From Fimbriosthenelais zetlandica (Eukaryota): a stretch of 64,000 nucleotides of DNA. Shown piece after piece: positions 25,301-36,409 of this stretch (its first letter is position 1; each line of letters opens with the position of its first letter). Where the stretch lies: contig OZ365113.1 of NCBI GenBank assembly GCA_977030845.1, positions 20,832,001 to 20,896,000 on the forward strand, written 5' to 3'. The notes below the pieces were generated by a model that saw nothing but the letters and a program-made list of their open reading frames with translations, was not told where the DNA came from and did not search any database. Made by a program: the position numbers and the translations under genes.

Positions 25301-27752
25301 TCGTCATAAAGCTAGTCTTCATGCAGGTAATAGTAGTAGTAGCACTAACTCGCTTAGGTTGCGTTTCACTGCTATATTTATAGAGATGCGTGGTAACATG
25401 AGACATCTCCGACCCACTGGATACTTTAGGTGTCACCCCAAGTCGACGAGCAAAATAGAATATTAATATTCCTCCATGCCACACTCTGTGTACTTGAGGC
25501 TTTGGATGACACAATCTGAGTGTGGGGGACTGTGTATGAGGGGTAGGATGGGGTCGATAAGCCACTTGGAACCTTTCATACCTTCCTGATTTGGGACTTT
25601 TCTATAGAGCTTTGGAGTTAGGTAGATAGAATCAGGATGGGTGGGCTTCTTCAATATAAGGTCTAGCATGAATGGATTCTATATGAGAATAATAAAATTC
25701 TAGACTTATCTGTCAATGATGGGGGAAAAAGAGAGACTGGGAGATGAAAGGTTGGTGCGTGGAAAGCTAACACTGAGATGAACAAAGGGCGAGGCTGTCA
25801 AACCGTGAGGAGCATACATGAGAGACTTTGGTACTAATCGTCACCATGCATTATGCAGATCTCGCTCTGTCATATTTGCAGGTTGACACTGATATCAGAA
25901 TCGGTCCATTATTTGTATGGCCCACGCACACAGTGGGAAAGAAAGGAGCTTCAATTTCTATTACAGAATTTCCCTGCTGTTTTGTTCTATCATCTATTGC
26001 TGTGGGAGCAGTTTGTGCTTGAATTTTGAATACAAAAATACTTCTTTTTCCCATTGAAGAAATCCATTTGACTTGATATTTCCCTGAAAACACATACACG
26101 CTTATGGCAACTTCGAAATGTTTCAGAAATAAGTTCTGCTTTTTCGAGGCAGCTTTCCCGTTGATTAAGCACCCATATGCTTGAGCAAATTTAATCTTCT
26201 TTCAGCTGAAAGGAAAATGACCACAGGAAAAGCTGCTGCCAATGAAAGGTTTCTGCAGCAAGGAAAAACAAGTTTTATCTTTAGAAAACTCAAGGTTTGA
26301 TCGCGATAATGCACTTGGCTGGACAAACCAAAAGAAGACAAACAAAGAAACGATCGTCAAATACTTAATTAGATTACAAATTCCAAAAGATGATCATCCA
26401 ATTTAAATCAAACAGCTTTTATGAAGCAGGAAAAAGCTCATAGTTCTACCAGTACATTTAAGAGTGGGAATTACCTGGTTTAATGGAATCTGGAAAGCTA
26501 TAAGTCCTAATGAAAAACAAGGAAATCACTTCCATTCCAAGTCACTAAAGCCGAAAATTAGAAGACTATATATACGTATTCAGACGATATCCCAGACCAA
26601 GCTAAATCATATGTCTATCCAGAATATGCAATATTGTCCTCCTGAATTTATACCAGATAATATTCCCGAACACAGTACCAAGCAAAAGCTGTCAATTCAT
26701 TCCCGAGGAACGCTTGAGCAATTTCAGAATGGTCCTTCCCACCTCCTAACTCATTGACTGCGGGGTGACTTTTATTAAATGAAGTGAGAGAGACGTGTTG
26801 CGTCAAAAAGCGAATCAAAAACCACATGGAGGGTCTTAAGGCAGCAGCAGGAGAGACGAGTGAGACAAAGTAGCTCATGAACTGTAAAGACCTTTATGAC
26901 CTGCAAATAGGATAGATGCGAGGCGCTCCTAGCCAGGTCTGTGAGCTGCTCAGCTGGCCCCACAAAGCTATAAACATGGCCGATCTCTACACAGATCACC
27001 ACACTCAACACATTAAGCCACAGGTAGTACTGATTGAAAATCTACTTAATGGAATTGGGCGTGGGTGGATCGGGGGCAGGCAGGCAGCAGGAGGGAGACG
27101 CAGGATAATCTAAATATATGAAGACTGTGATTTTGGCTGGCGCTAGTATAGTCACTTAGCCACTGGGTACACTGGTTTAACTGCAAGTGTAGTGCTCACA
27201 GAGACTGTCCATAAAAGACGGTTCAAAGGAGGGTACATGCAAACAAAAGGATATATATGAGTCCAGTTACCATACCAGAATGACAATCAGTGCCGAGAAT
27301 AACAATCATTTTCTCCGCCAGAGTAATATAAATGCCATAACCGACCTTTATATAGGCATATATATATATCCTGATCAACACATCGTGTGCTCCAGTTACT
27401 CTTTCACGATGATCTGATTTTCATGTGAACACCATCTTTCCATTGTTATTCTTCAATGGCATAAACCCAGATAGCAATTAATTTCTATACCAAATCAAAT
27501 TAAAATAGAGCAACTTCAGAGAGGAACCGATCACTGACATCCAGATAAAAGACATCATTTTTAATTTTTACACGTCATTCATTGTACTACTTTGCGTTGT
27601 ATATATGCCCATGCAATTAACTGGCAGTGGCTATCTATCTTCTATTCGTTGATATGAGCAGTTACTAATGTATCCCAAAGTCTGTTTGAGTTAGTGAGGA
27701 GGATGTGAGTGAAATAACTCGGTCCTAAGATAGCTCTGTCCACATGCAGTCA

Positions 27753-28050
27753 CACTCTAAAACTCTGGCGGCATTCAGCGGTCAATTTCTTTTTATAACT
27801 GGTCATATTCCAGTTATTCCTGGCAAGAATCAGCACATGTCGGATGCGTTTTGTGTCGCCATCAATCGGCGGTCACTGCCAGTAATATCTGGTCAAAGTC
27901 GTCCTTATGCGGTCAATGACAGGAGTAGCCATCATAATACGGTCATTGGCTATTTTTCCCTGGCAAGAATCAGCACATGCTGGATGCATATTGCATCGCC
28001 ATCAATCGGCGGTCACTACCAGTAATATCTGGTCAAAGTTTTCCATATGC
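27753..28050 (+). repeat. Left subterminal region: 8 YGGTCA motifs and a 140-bp-period duplication
   Basis: YGGTCA at 27779, 27800, 27870, 27890, 27910, 27940, 28010 and 28030; 27819-27910 repeated at 27959-28050. Confidence 0.9.
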
Positions 28051-28072
28051 GTGGGGTACCAAATGGCAGGAG

Positions 28073-28376
28073 TAGGCCTATCCTATAAGGGCTCAAGACC
28101 TAGGCCTATTATTTTTTAATCATAGGCCCATTTTAAAAAAAAAATTAGTTCCATGATAATTTGCAATCGTAGACCAATAAAAGGTCTATTATGGGGATAA
28201 AATTAGCTTGTAGTTCTAATCTCGGAGGGACGGGATTGCTTTCTTGGCGGGAATTTTTGTCACGTGGGAAGGCGCCATCTTTGTTTTCGTCGCCATCTTG
28301 GATATCTGGTACATAAACAACAGAGAGAGAGAGACAGACCAAAGGAAGGAAGAGAAGATTTTACACCATTTACGCG
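28073..28376 (+). promoter_or_regulatory. Putative element promoter and non-coding first exon
   Basis: TAGGCCTA palindromes (28073, 28101), CACGTG, two CGCCATCTTG (YY1-like) motifs, donor GCG|gtaatt at 28377, and a downstream acceptor ctttctctag at 28952. Confidence 0.4.
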
Positions 28377-28507
28377 GTAATTCCTTTATTTTCTGACATT
28401 ATGATGTTGCTTGACAATCACATTATAACAATGTGATAAATAGAATATCAGATCTGCTTCCAAAACATCACTGTTAGCACCTTGAGCCCGACCGATCGCT
28501 CCCTCGC

Positions 28508-28533
28508 TAATTCATTCATTCATTCATTCATTC
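28508..28533. repeat. (TTCA)n microsatellite
   Basis: aattcattcattcattcattcattcg. Confidence 0.85.
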
Positions 28534-29028
28534 GACATCATTATCGTACGTGCTCTCTGAGACTTAGGCTTAGCTTTTAATATAGTAGGGTGGAAGCACG
28601 AAAAGACACAGGTATTGGTAATTCAAGTCCCAATCATGTGAAAGAACATAGATCTATATGATATAATTATGTTTAGGCCTTTCTAATTTTAATATGGAAG
28701 AAAATCTCCCCCACACCCATTGCCCATGGGCCATGCGGTAAGACCACTGCCGGCTCCTGCTGGAGTGAAGGCGGCAGGGGAAATAGGCCTACCGAGTCTG
28801 AGCGGTCTCAGGCTACATCCTAGTAAAGGCCTATTATTACGATAGAGATTATCAGATAGACCTGCAATTAGCTTATAGGCATACTAGCCAATAATACTGG
28901 GATAGAATATATCTTTTTTAATATTATTAATATTCATTTTAACTTTCTCTAGGCGACCTGCAACATTAACGAATCCGTCGTCGGCTACCAGTTTATGACA
29001 TTACTTATATATCTGATAAGACATCAAA

Positions 29029-32017
29029 ATGTCAGAGGCCGGGACTCCCGATACCCGGTAAGTAATAAGTAAATTTCATGTATTGATTTTTAAGTTTCAT
29101 GGCAGTGGAAAAGTCGTTAAGATTATGGAACCTGTGTATAAACATTGTGGTACAGTCTAAAATCAAAAGGAATTTCAAACAATTATGGGCCAATAGTTAA
29201 AACGCTCTTCTTGAACACTCGCTCGACATCTTAATTTGATTTTCCCGGTCTTAACAAAATAGTCTGTATTATAATTAAATGTATTACAGGCCTCGTGTTG
29301 CACTTAAGTGCCATATCTGCAACACAGTCTTCTATGGAAATGGGACATATACCAAGCATGTTTCATACCATGGCCATGAAGTGGGATACAATTTCCCATG
29401 CCCATATCCCAACTGTGGGAAGCCTCACAACACCTACTCTGGTCTGCATACCCACGTCTATCGTTTTCATCCAGAGCCAAAAGACAACCAACTGAGACCC
29501 ATTGATCCATCAGATGCCACCTGTGATAGAAAGTTCAAGTGTCCAATTGATTTTTGTGGTTTAGAATTAAAGTCAGCAAAAGAATTTTTACTCCACATTC
29601 AATTCCACATTAAGGAAGGTCGCATTATGAGATGTCCCTTCAAAATTTGTAATGGAAAGGAATTTAGAAATTCGTCAACATTTAAGAGCCATGTCTCCAG
29701 ACAACATTCCCATTATGTGACTCAAGATTTTGAGCATCACAGCCTTGTCCATCCTGTGCCTACCAACAGTGATCAAAAAGTGACAGAGGACACAAATATA
29801 TTACATGATGATATAACCATGCCAAGGTCGGCCAACTTTGATGTTGGTGATTATCATGTTGCCGATGGCGGTACTGATGACACTGAATGTGTTGTGACTG
29901 ATGATCAACTAGCCTTACATATGGCCATGTCGTACATGAAGGCCGAAGGTAAACTTCTTGTCCCTGTATCAACTCTCCAGAGATTTATTGTAGATACAAC
30001 TGAATGTGTAAAGTTGGGGAACGAACAACTTGCAGTGACTATCCTTCGAATCACTAAAGATATACCAATGGATGATATCTCGCGTCAAAATCTACATGAT
30101 GCTTTGAAAAAGGGAAATAAAGTGTCACACCTTAATGACAAGCTCTTCAGTACAGACAAACTCAGGAAAAGACATTACCGTGAAAAGTTCAATTATGTGC
30201 CACCATTACAGCTTACAATTGGATCCAATGAAAATAGAGAACCTTGTCATGTTCACATGGTGCCTGTGAAAGACACTTTGCAAGTTGTATGTAAGAATCC
30301 ATCTTTTAAAAAATTGGCAAACACTCATGTCAACTCTTCAGGCTACCTTTCAGATGTGACAGATGGTGAAGTGTTCCGAAAGAAACATTCTGGAAGTACT
30401 GCTCCAGACTGCCTACATTTAATGTTGTACCAAGATTCGTTTGAGGTAGCGAACCCACTGGGTTCAGCAAGGACAAAGCATAAAATATATGCAGTGTATT
30501 TCAATATCTTAAATATTCCTCCAGAGCATCGTTCAACAATTGACAATCTCCAACTTGCCATACTTTGCAAAGAGGTCCATGTGAAGAGACTCGGCATAAA
30601 GACTGTGCTAAGGCCATTGATAGATGACCTCAAGGAGTTGGAAAACGATGGAATTACCATAGATGGGAAGAGATACAAGGTTTGCATTTGTTGTGTATCT
30701 GGTGATAATCTTGGCTCTCACCAAATTGGAGGTTATATTGAAAGTTTTAGCCATGGTTATGTGTGTCGATATTGTGATGTCAGACGTGAGGACTTCCTAC
30801 TAAATCATGAATTGATTGGCACGAGAAGAACTAAAGAGGAATATGACACTGACCTGGAAACTATAGAAAGAGAGCAGTGTGGCTGGTCAAGAGGTGTGAA
30901 AGAAGACTCCATATTAAATGAACTTGAAACTTTCCATGTCTGTGACCCTGGGCTTCCACCTTGTCTTGCTCATGATCTCTTTGAGGGTGTGGTAAACCAA
31001 GATGTATTTCTGATCATTGAAAATTTCGTTAAAAAGAAGAAGTATATTACATTTGAACAAATCAATCGAGAGATCAACCAATTTAAGTACAAAGGACAAG
31101 ATGCACATACCACCCCTGTAAATGTGAATGAGAGAGGTCGGAAGTTGGGAGGTCAAGCTCTACAGAACTTTGCTTTCTTGCGGTTTATGCCTTTTTTCTT
31201 ATTTGACAAAGTGCAGGATGAGAATGATGAAGTGTGGCTCATGTTGAACATGCTTCATGAGATAACTTTGATTGTGATGGCCCCTACAATTGCTGAAGGC
31301 CAACTTGGATATCTGTATCGTCTGGTACACCACTACCTGTCACTCAGAGTGAACCTGTTCCCTGAAACTCCTATCAAGCCAAAACATCATTACATGCTGC
31401 ATTATCCCGAACTGATTCATCAATTTGGCCCTCTTCCAAGGGTTTGGACCATGAGGTTTGAGTCCAAGCACTCTTATTTTAAGAATGTTGCACGAGGCAT
31501 AAAGAACTTCAAGAACCTGACGTCATCTTTAAGTAGCAAACACCAGCTACTGCAGGCACTAATACAAAGTGGAAAAATGTTCAGTAATGACCAAGTTGCT
31601 ACAGGTGAACGTATGTATCATGCCAGACATTTTTCGGAGCAAATGTCAAGTGCTATAGCCCAGGCTATCCCACAGTCACCAGAATGCCCTATAACCATAG
31701 TGGAAAGGGTGGAGTATAAGGGGATAACATACACAACTTCTTCCTGTGTTGTGTTGGCTGTTGAATTTGATGAAATCTCGCAGGTGGGAGAAATCATATG
31801 TCTGCTTAATGCAGGTAGCCAGTGTTACATTGTAGTCGAGATCCACAGTGTAAAGCCTTGTAAACCAACAATGCTTTTGAAATTGAACCCTTGCATACTA
31901 GGACTTGTCTGCTTCCAAATAGCAGAACTTAAAGAGCCTTGGCCCCTTCAGATGTATAGCATCGGCAATGACTCGTATCTGACTATGAAACATGTACCAC
32001 CACTTGTTGAAAATTAA
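29029..32017 (+). CDS. EnSpm/CACTA DDE transposase with four N-terminal C2H2 zinc fingers; join(29029-29057,29290-32017), 918 aa
   Basis: 912-codon ORF with LYQDSFEVANPLGS (D1), VSGDNLGSH (D2), CRYC, HDLFEG, HHYMLHY and WTMRFESKH (E). C2H2 fingers start at CHIC, CPYPNC, CPIDFC and CPFKIC. Upstream exon caaaATG...CG|gtaagt is phase-matched to acceptor tacag|G at 29290. Confidence 0.92.
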
Positions 32018-32285
32018 TATGATCAGTGGTATGCCATGAACTAAGAATGACTTGAAAATTGATATAATCAGTAGTGTGCCATGAACTATATGAATGACTT
32101 GCAAATTAATATGGTCAGTGATATGCCATGAACTATATGAATGACTTGAAAATTAATATGATCAGTGGTATGCCATGAACTAAGAATGACTTGAAAATTA
32201 ATATGATCAGTGGTATGCCATGAACTAAGAATGACTTGAAAATTAATATGATCAGTGATATGCCATGACCTATATGAATGACTTT
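32011..32285. repeat. Six-copy 45/47-bp tandem array overlapping the transposase stop codon
   Basis: Unit aaattaatatgatcagtggtatgccatgaacta(ag/tatg)aatgacttga; copies start at 32011, 32056, 32103, 32150, 32195 and 32240. Confidence 0.95.
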
Positions 32286-32439
32286 TATCATATATTAAAT
32301 GTGATCAAGAATGAATATTCAATTTTTGCTTCCTTGTTTTTACTCTCATCTGTCTCTTTCATAACCTTACATTTAGTATTCTATTCCCGAATATTCTGCT
32401 GATATTTTAGATACTTATGTTTCTCTCCTCTTGTTGTAG

Positions 32440-35316
32440 GTCAATGAATAATGAATTGCTCTGCCTGGTTCATTCTGTCCTGGGAGAGCTACCAAATGAG
32501 AAGATGGTCGCGCTGAAGCTATTATTTGAGAAATATGGTTGCCAGGAAGCAGGGGATGTAGACGTTGTCGATGAAGGCGACCTACAGAAAATTCTCAGCA
32601 TCGTTCATTCTCGACGACTGAAGACTGAGGCTAAGGGTAAAAAGATTTTTTTTATTTAAGTGATGTAATTATAGTTACCATTAATTATAGTGAATAATTG
32701 ACATGATCTGTTCATATCAATATGCCTGTCCATGTATCATTTCAGTGATCTACGGGATCCAGCAACAAAAGCGGATCGAGCGATTCCACTCTATGCAACT
32801 CAGTACCAACTCAGTACAAGCATCTCCCTCACCTGTGAGATTTGCTTCCCCTACTCTCACGGCATCCCCAACCACCCCAACCACCTCAACATCTCTATCG
32901 GTTAGGAGAACTCTCAACAGTGAGCCATCCACTATGTGGTACAACTGTTTTGTACCTGACATACCAGTGTACATAAGGACCAAACTTGAGGCCGATCGGC
33001 GGCTGGATGAATCGATGCGCAGGCAACTTGTGCAATGTGTCATTGACCAGGTTTTGATGGTAATTATTTGTGTTTGTTTTCCTTTAAACCCTAACCAAGT
33101 TATAACTATACTAGGATGGACTGCTTCGGCAATTTTCATAAGGATATTTATATTTCTAAAATTCATTCAAATTTATTATTTGCAGATCAATGAGAAGCCC
33201 AAGTCGTGCGAACTGAGGGCAATAGCAGCGGACATGACAGCGCAATATCCTATATTAATGGACAGGGTAAATGGGACAGTATTAGGGTCGGGTAAATGGT
33301 CCTTCTTTAAACAGTTAAGCAACAGGTATGATTCTGTGGCCCGGAGGAACCGACTGAAGAGTGACGGGAACACAAAAAAGAGACTCGCTGAACAGGATGA
33401 TAGCCCAGTGACTAGAAAGGCGCGAAAAATAAAAGCCAGTGACAGGTAAATTTAAACGTTTATAATCCGACTCTATCACAGATTAACATGTGTGTAATTC
33501 AGTTGATTTAATTGTCTCCATTTCTAAATCTAGTTATGGATGCATAAGGTGGCAAGACAACAGCCCACCGACTGGGGAAACTATGGAGACTCTGGAAGAG
33601 AAGAGAAAGGAGCTCTACAACAAGTACATCGAGTCAGGGGGCTCAGTGTTAACATCTGAGATGGCAGTACTGCAGGAAATCACATATTTCCTGCAGAGAA
33701 ATGAGATCATCGACGATGGTAAGGACTCTACTATATATTAATCTTATTAACACCATCGTTTGATTTTGTCCAGGTCTATTTTTTTTGTGAATAAGTACCT
33801 TTCTTTAATAATATTGCGAAAACTTATAATTACAGGTGCTACAAGTGCTATTGTCATCCAGCGATGGCCGACGCTATACACAGTGGACGGCTGCATACAC
33901 CATTGTGAGATGTTAACAGGCCAGGATTTTATCAAAAACACCATAACAGCTTATGATGACATGGGCAACAGCCTCCTAGACTTCGTCAAACGGTATGACA
34001 AGAAACCGAAGTCAAGAGACCTGATGTGAGTTTAACATTATGTATCATATATTACTCATAGATTACATTTAATTCTGGCACACTTATCCTAAAACGCGCA
34101 TTGTTTAGATGATTTATTATTATTAATATGCAAATTTTAAAAAAGTGATATTCCGATTGAAAAAAAGAAAAATTCATGCAAGAAATTAATGGTAATCCTC
34201 TCTATTCCAGTGATGAACTTTATGAAACAATGATCGCATCAGGAAAACGGGACGCTATCTACCCGGGTCTTTTGCTCCTTCTATGCTCCTGGTTTGGTGA
34301 GGATACTGGTGCAATTCTGATCCCTGGCAAGGTTTGTAGTATATTACTTTTTCCTTGATAAGCATCTTCTTTAAGGGATATGTACGTTTTAAATAATGAT
34401 AAGAGGATTATTTAACAAATTGCATTTTTCATTGTAATGATTTAGCCAATGTCTGTGATTAACTGTGCAAATTATTTATTGTTGTATTGCTAACACGTTC
34501 AATCAATCGACTTGCAGAAAACAGACAATGGCGACGACATGATTGGAAAACTTCCAGCCCACCCGTGTATTGTATACTGTGGTAGGTATTAATTTAATTT
34601 AATATTATGTAAACATGCAAATATTTTAAGATTTCTACTGATATTTGTTGGATACATCAATTTAAATTGACCACGTATGTTTTTGTTTACATTTAAATTG
34701 CATTCAAAAACTAATATTATACATTGAAATTGCAGGTTCATCCCCTCTTACCTCTACGAGGTACATGGTCGGAATTGACGGGCTGGTGGTAAACAACAGC
34801 GTCTTGTTGTTTCCAAGAGCCCTGGCCATGTTTATGGCTCTTCATTTTGTCATGAACGCCGAGTACGCAAAAGCAATACATATGACATTGGACTTGTGTC
34901 AGAGGTAGGTCTTTAAATTCTATAAGTAAACCATCTTTCCTACCCATATTTGCATTTGTGTGCACAGATTCTCAAACTCATTCTCATTCCCAAATCGGTC
35001 AATCATCTCATTTCACAACTCTTTTAGAAATAATTATGACATGTAACCTGTAAGCCATATCCATTCATTCCCATCACTTATTTCGATAGGTAAATCGATT
35101 TAAAAAAACGATTGTATAAATAAAACACTCGCAGTTCTATATGTCGCTACAAGACAAGCAATTAATGCTAAGTCTGTACCTTATATTTTCAGATTATTCA
35201 TGGGTGTGTCGCCTGACGTTGGGAACAAAACGACCACGAAGAAGGGGAAAATGGGAATACCGCAAAGGGTTGGGACATTCATTAGAAAATTTACGACATT
35301 TCAAGAACAAGCTTAA
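32440..35316 (+). CDS. CACTA accessory protein (SAM-like N-terminus, SAMD3-like); exons 32440-32636, 32746-33059, 33186-33445, 33534-33718, 33836-34025, 34211-34331, 34518-34581, 34736-34904, 35193-35316; 550 aa if spliced from 29029-29057
   Basis: All eight GT-AG introns join in phase with no stop until TAA at 35314-35316. Motifs SYGCIRWQ, TYFLQRNEI, QRWPTLY, LPAHPCIVYCG and FVMNAEY...TLDLCQRLFMGVSP. SAMD3 similarity is from recollection, not a search. Confidence 0.82.
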
Positions 35317-35934
35317 ATTATTTAAAGTGGGATACATAACTTTTTTTTATAAATCAGTCATTTCCTAGTCTTCCTCTTTTATATTTTTATTTGAACCAAA
35401 TGGTGTAAATTGAATGTGATATTTTAAAGTTATTATGAGAGTATACGTTTTAAGTTTTTAATTTTGAGACGAGCATTTTAAACCTCTGTGTCATTGGGGG
35501 TTTCATTCATACAGCTTTCTATAATTATTTTACTTAATTATCTCTCTTATTATTCATTTACCTATTATTATTTTATTATTTAATTGTGCCTATTTTACTG
35601 TTTTTTATTTCTAACAAATTTTTTTTATCATGTAATGAATTATTGGTGCTAATAGCAATATACATTATCTAATTATGTTATTTTATTCATTATGTCATTT
35701 TAAGTGTATTGATATAGACTAAATGTGATAATTAAAAGCGATTATGTGATTATCTGTTAGAACGGAATATCACAATTATTTCTACTTTTTAACTATTTTT
35801 ATTATGGGATTCATGTCATGCTAATTTCCTGAGTTTTTCTGAATAAAAGAAGTTTCGAATAAACATGATTTGATTCTTTTACTATTCTATCACATATTGG
35901 AAATTAAAAAAAATATATATAGCCCTATAATGTC

Positions 35935-36018
35935 ACCCGAACCCTGGCCCCGACCCCCGACCCCCGACCCCCGACCCCCGCGTCCCGTACCCTGCCCCCG
36001 ACCCCCGCCCCCACCCCT
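35935..36018. repeat. (CCCCGA)n C-rich tract, G-quadruplex-prone on the minus strand
   Basis: ccccgacccccgacccccgacccccgacccccg...cccccgacccccgcccccacccc. Confidence 0.9.
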
Positions 36019-36039
36019 GGACTGGAAGATTTGTTAATT

Positions 36040-36409
36040 GACGGTCAAATTCAACTATAAACGGTCAAATTAGATAAACGCTATATGGTCACCGACCAGA
36101 ATGTACTGGGAATGTACTCTGTAATAGACGGGAGTTTCCAGTATAAAACGGCAGTGTCTGCCATTATATAACGGTCGCGCGTCCAGTTTATGCTGGCGCT
36201 GTGTTCCAGTAAATACTGGCGCTGCTAGATGCGCGTCCAGTTTATGATGGCGCTGTGGTCCAGTAAATACTGGCGCCGCGTGACGCGTGACCGTCATTTG
36301 ATGGGAGGGGGTGAGGGGCTCCAGCTAATGCTGGTCAACCAGCCGGAGATTAGTTGCAGGTCAAATGACCGTCCAATGCTGGTCATTCGCGGATCTGGGT
36401 CTAAGAGTG
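36040..36409 (+). repeat. Right subterminal region: GGTCA/TGACC motifs in both orientations and a 54-bp duplication
   Basis: GGTCA motifs at 36042, 36062, 36086, 36332, 36358 and 36380; TGACCG at 36288 and 36366; gcgcgtccagtttatg(c/a)tggcgctgtg(t/g)tccagtaaatactggcgc occurs twice between ~36177 and ~36280. Confidence 0.85.

Larger units (their letters stand above)
27753..36409 (+). mobile_element. Full-length autonomous CACTA/EnSpm (CMC superfamily) DNA transposon, 8657 bp
   Basis: Left end CACTCTAAAACTCTG, right end (reverse complement) CACTCTTAGACCCAG; CA duplicated at 27751-27752 and 36410-36411; GGTCA-rich subterminal regions; intact transposase and intact spliced accessory gene. Confidence 0.93.

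Noticed and set aside
1300-27700. Remaining 60-130-aa ORFs here (and similarly in 36500-63700)
   Set aside because: Lengths and composition are as expected by chance, many arise from simple repeats, and none has a recognisable domain.
29279-29289. ORF-track ATG 29279 as the transposase start
   Set aside because: It lies just before a tacag acceptor in AT-rich intron-like sequence. The upstream exon with a better ATG context fits the phase, though use of this ATG cannot be fully excluded.
32011-32285. CRISPR-like array
   Set aside because: Head-to-tail units with no unique spacers, no cas genes and a eukaryotic context; it is a tandem repeat.
32750-33166. 138-aa minus-strand ORF
   Set aside because: Antisense shadow of an accessory-gene exon with no recognisable motifs.
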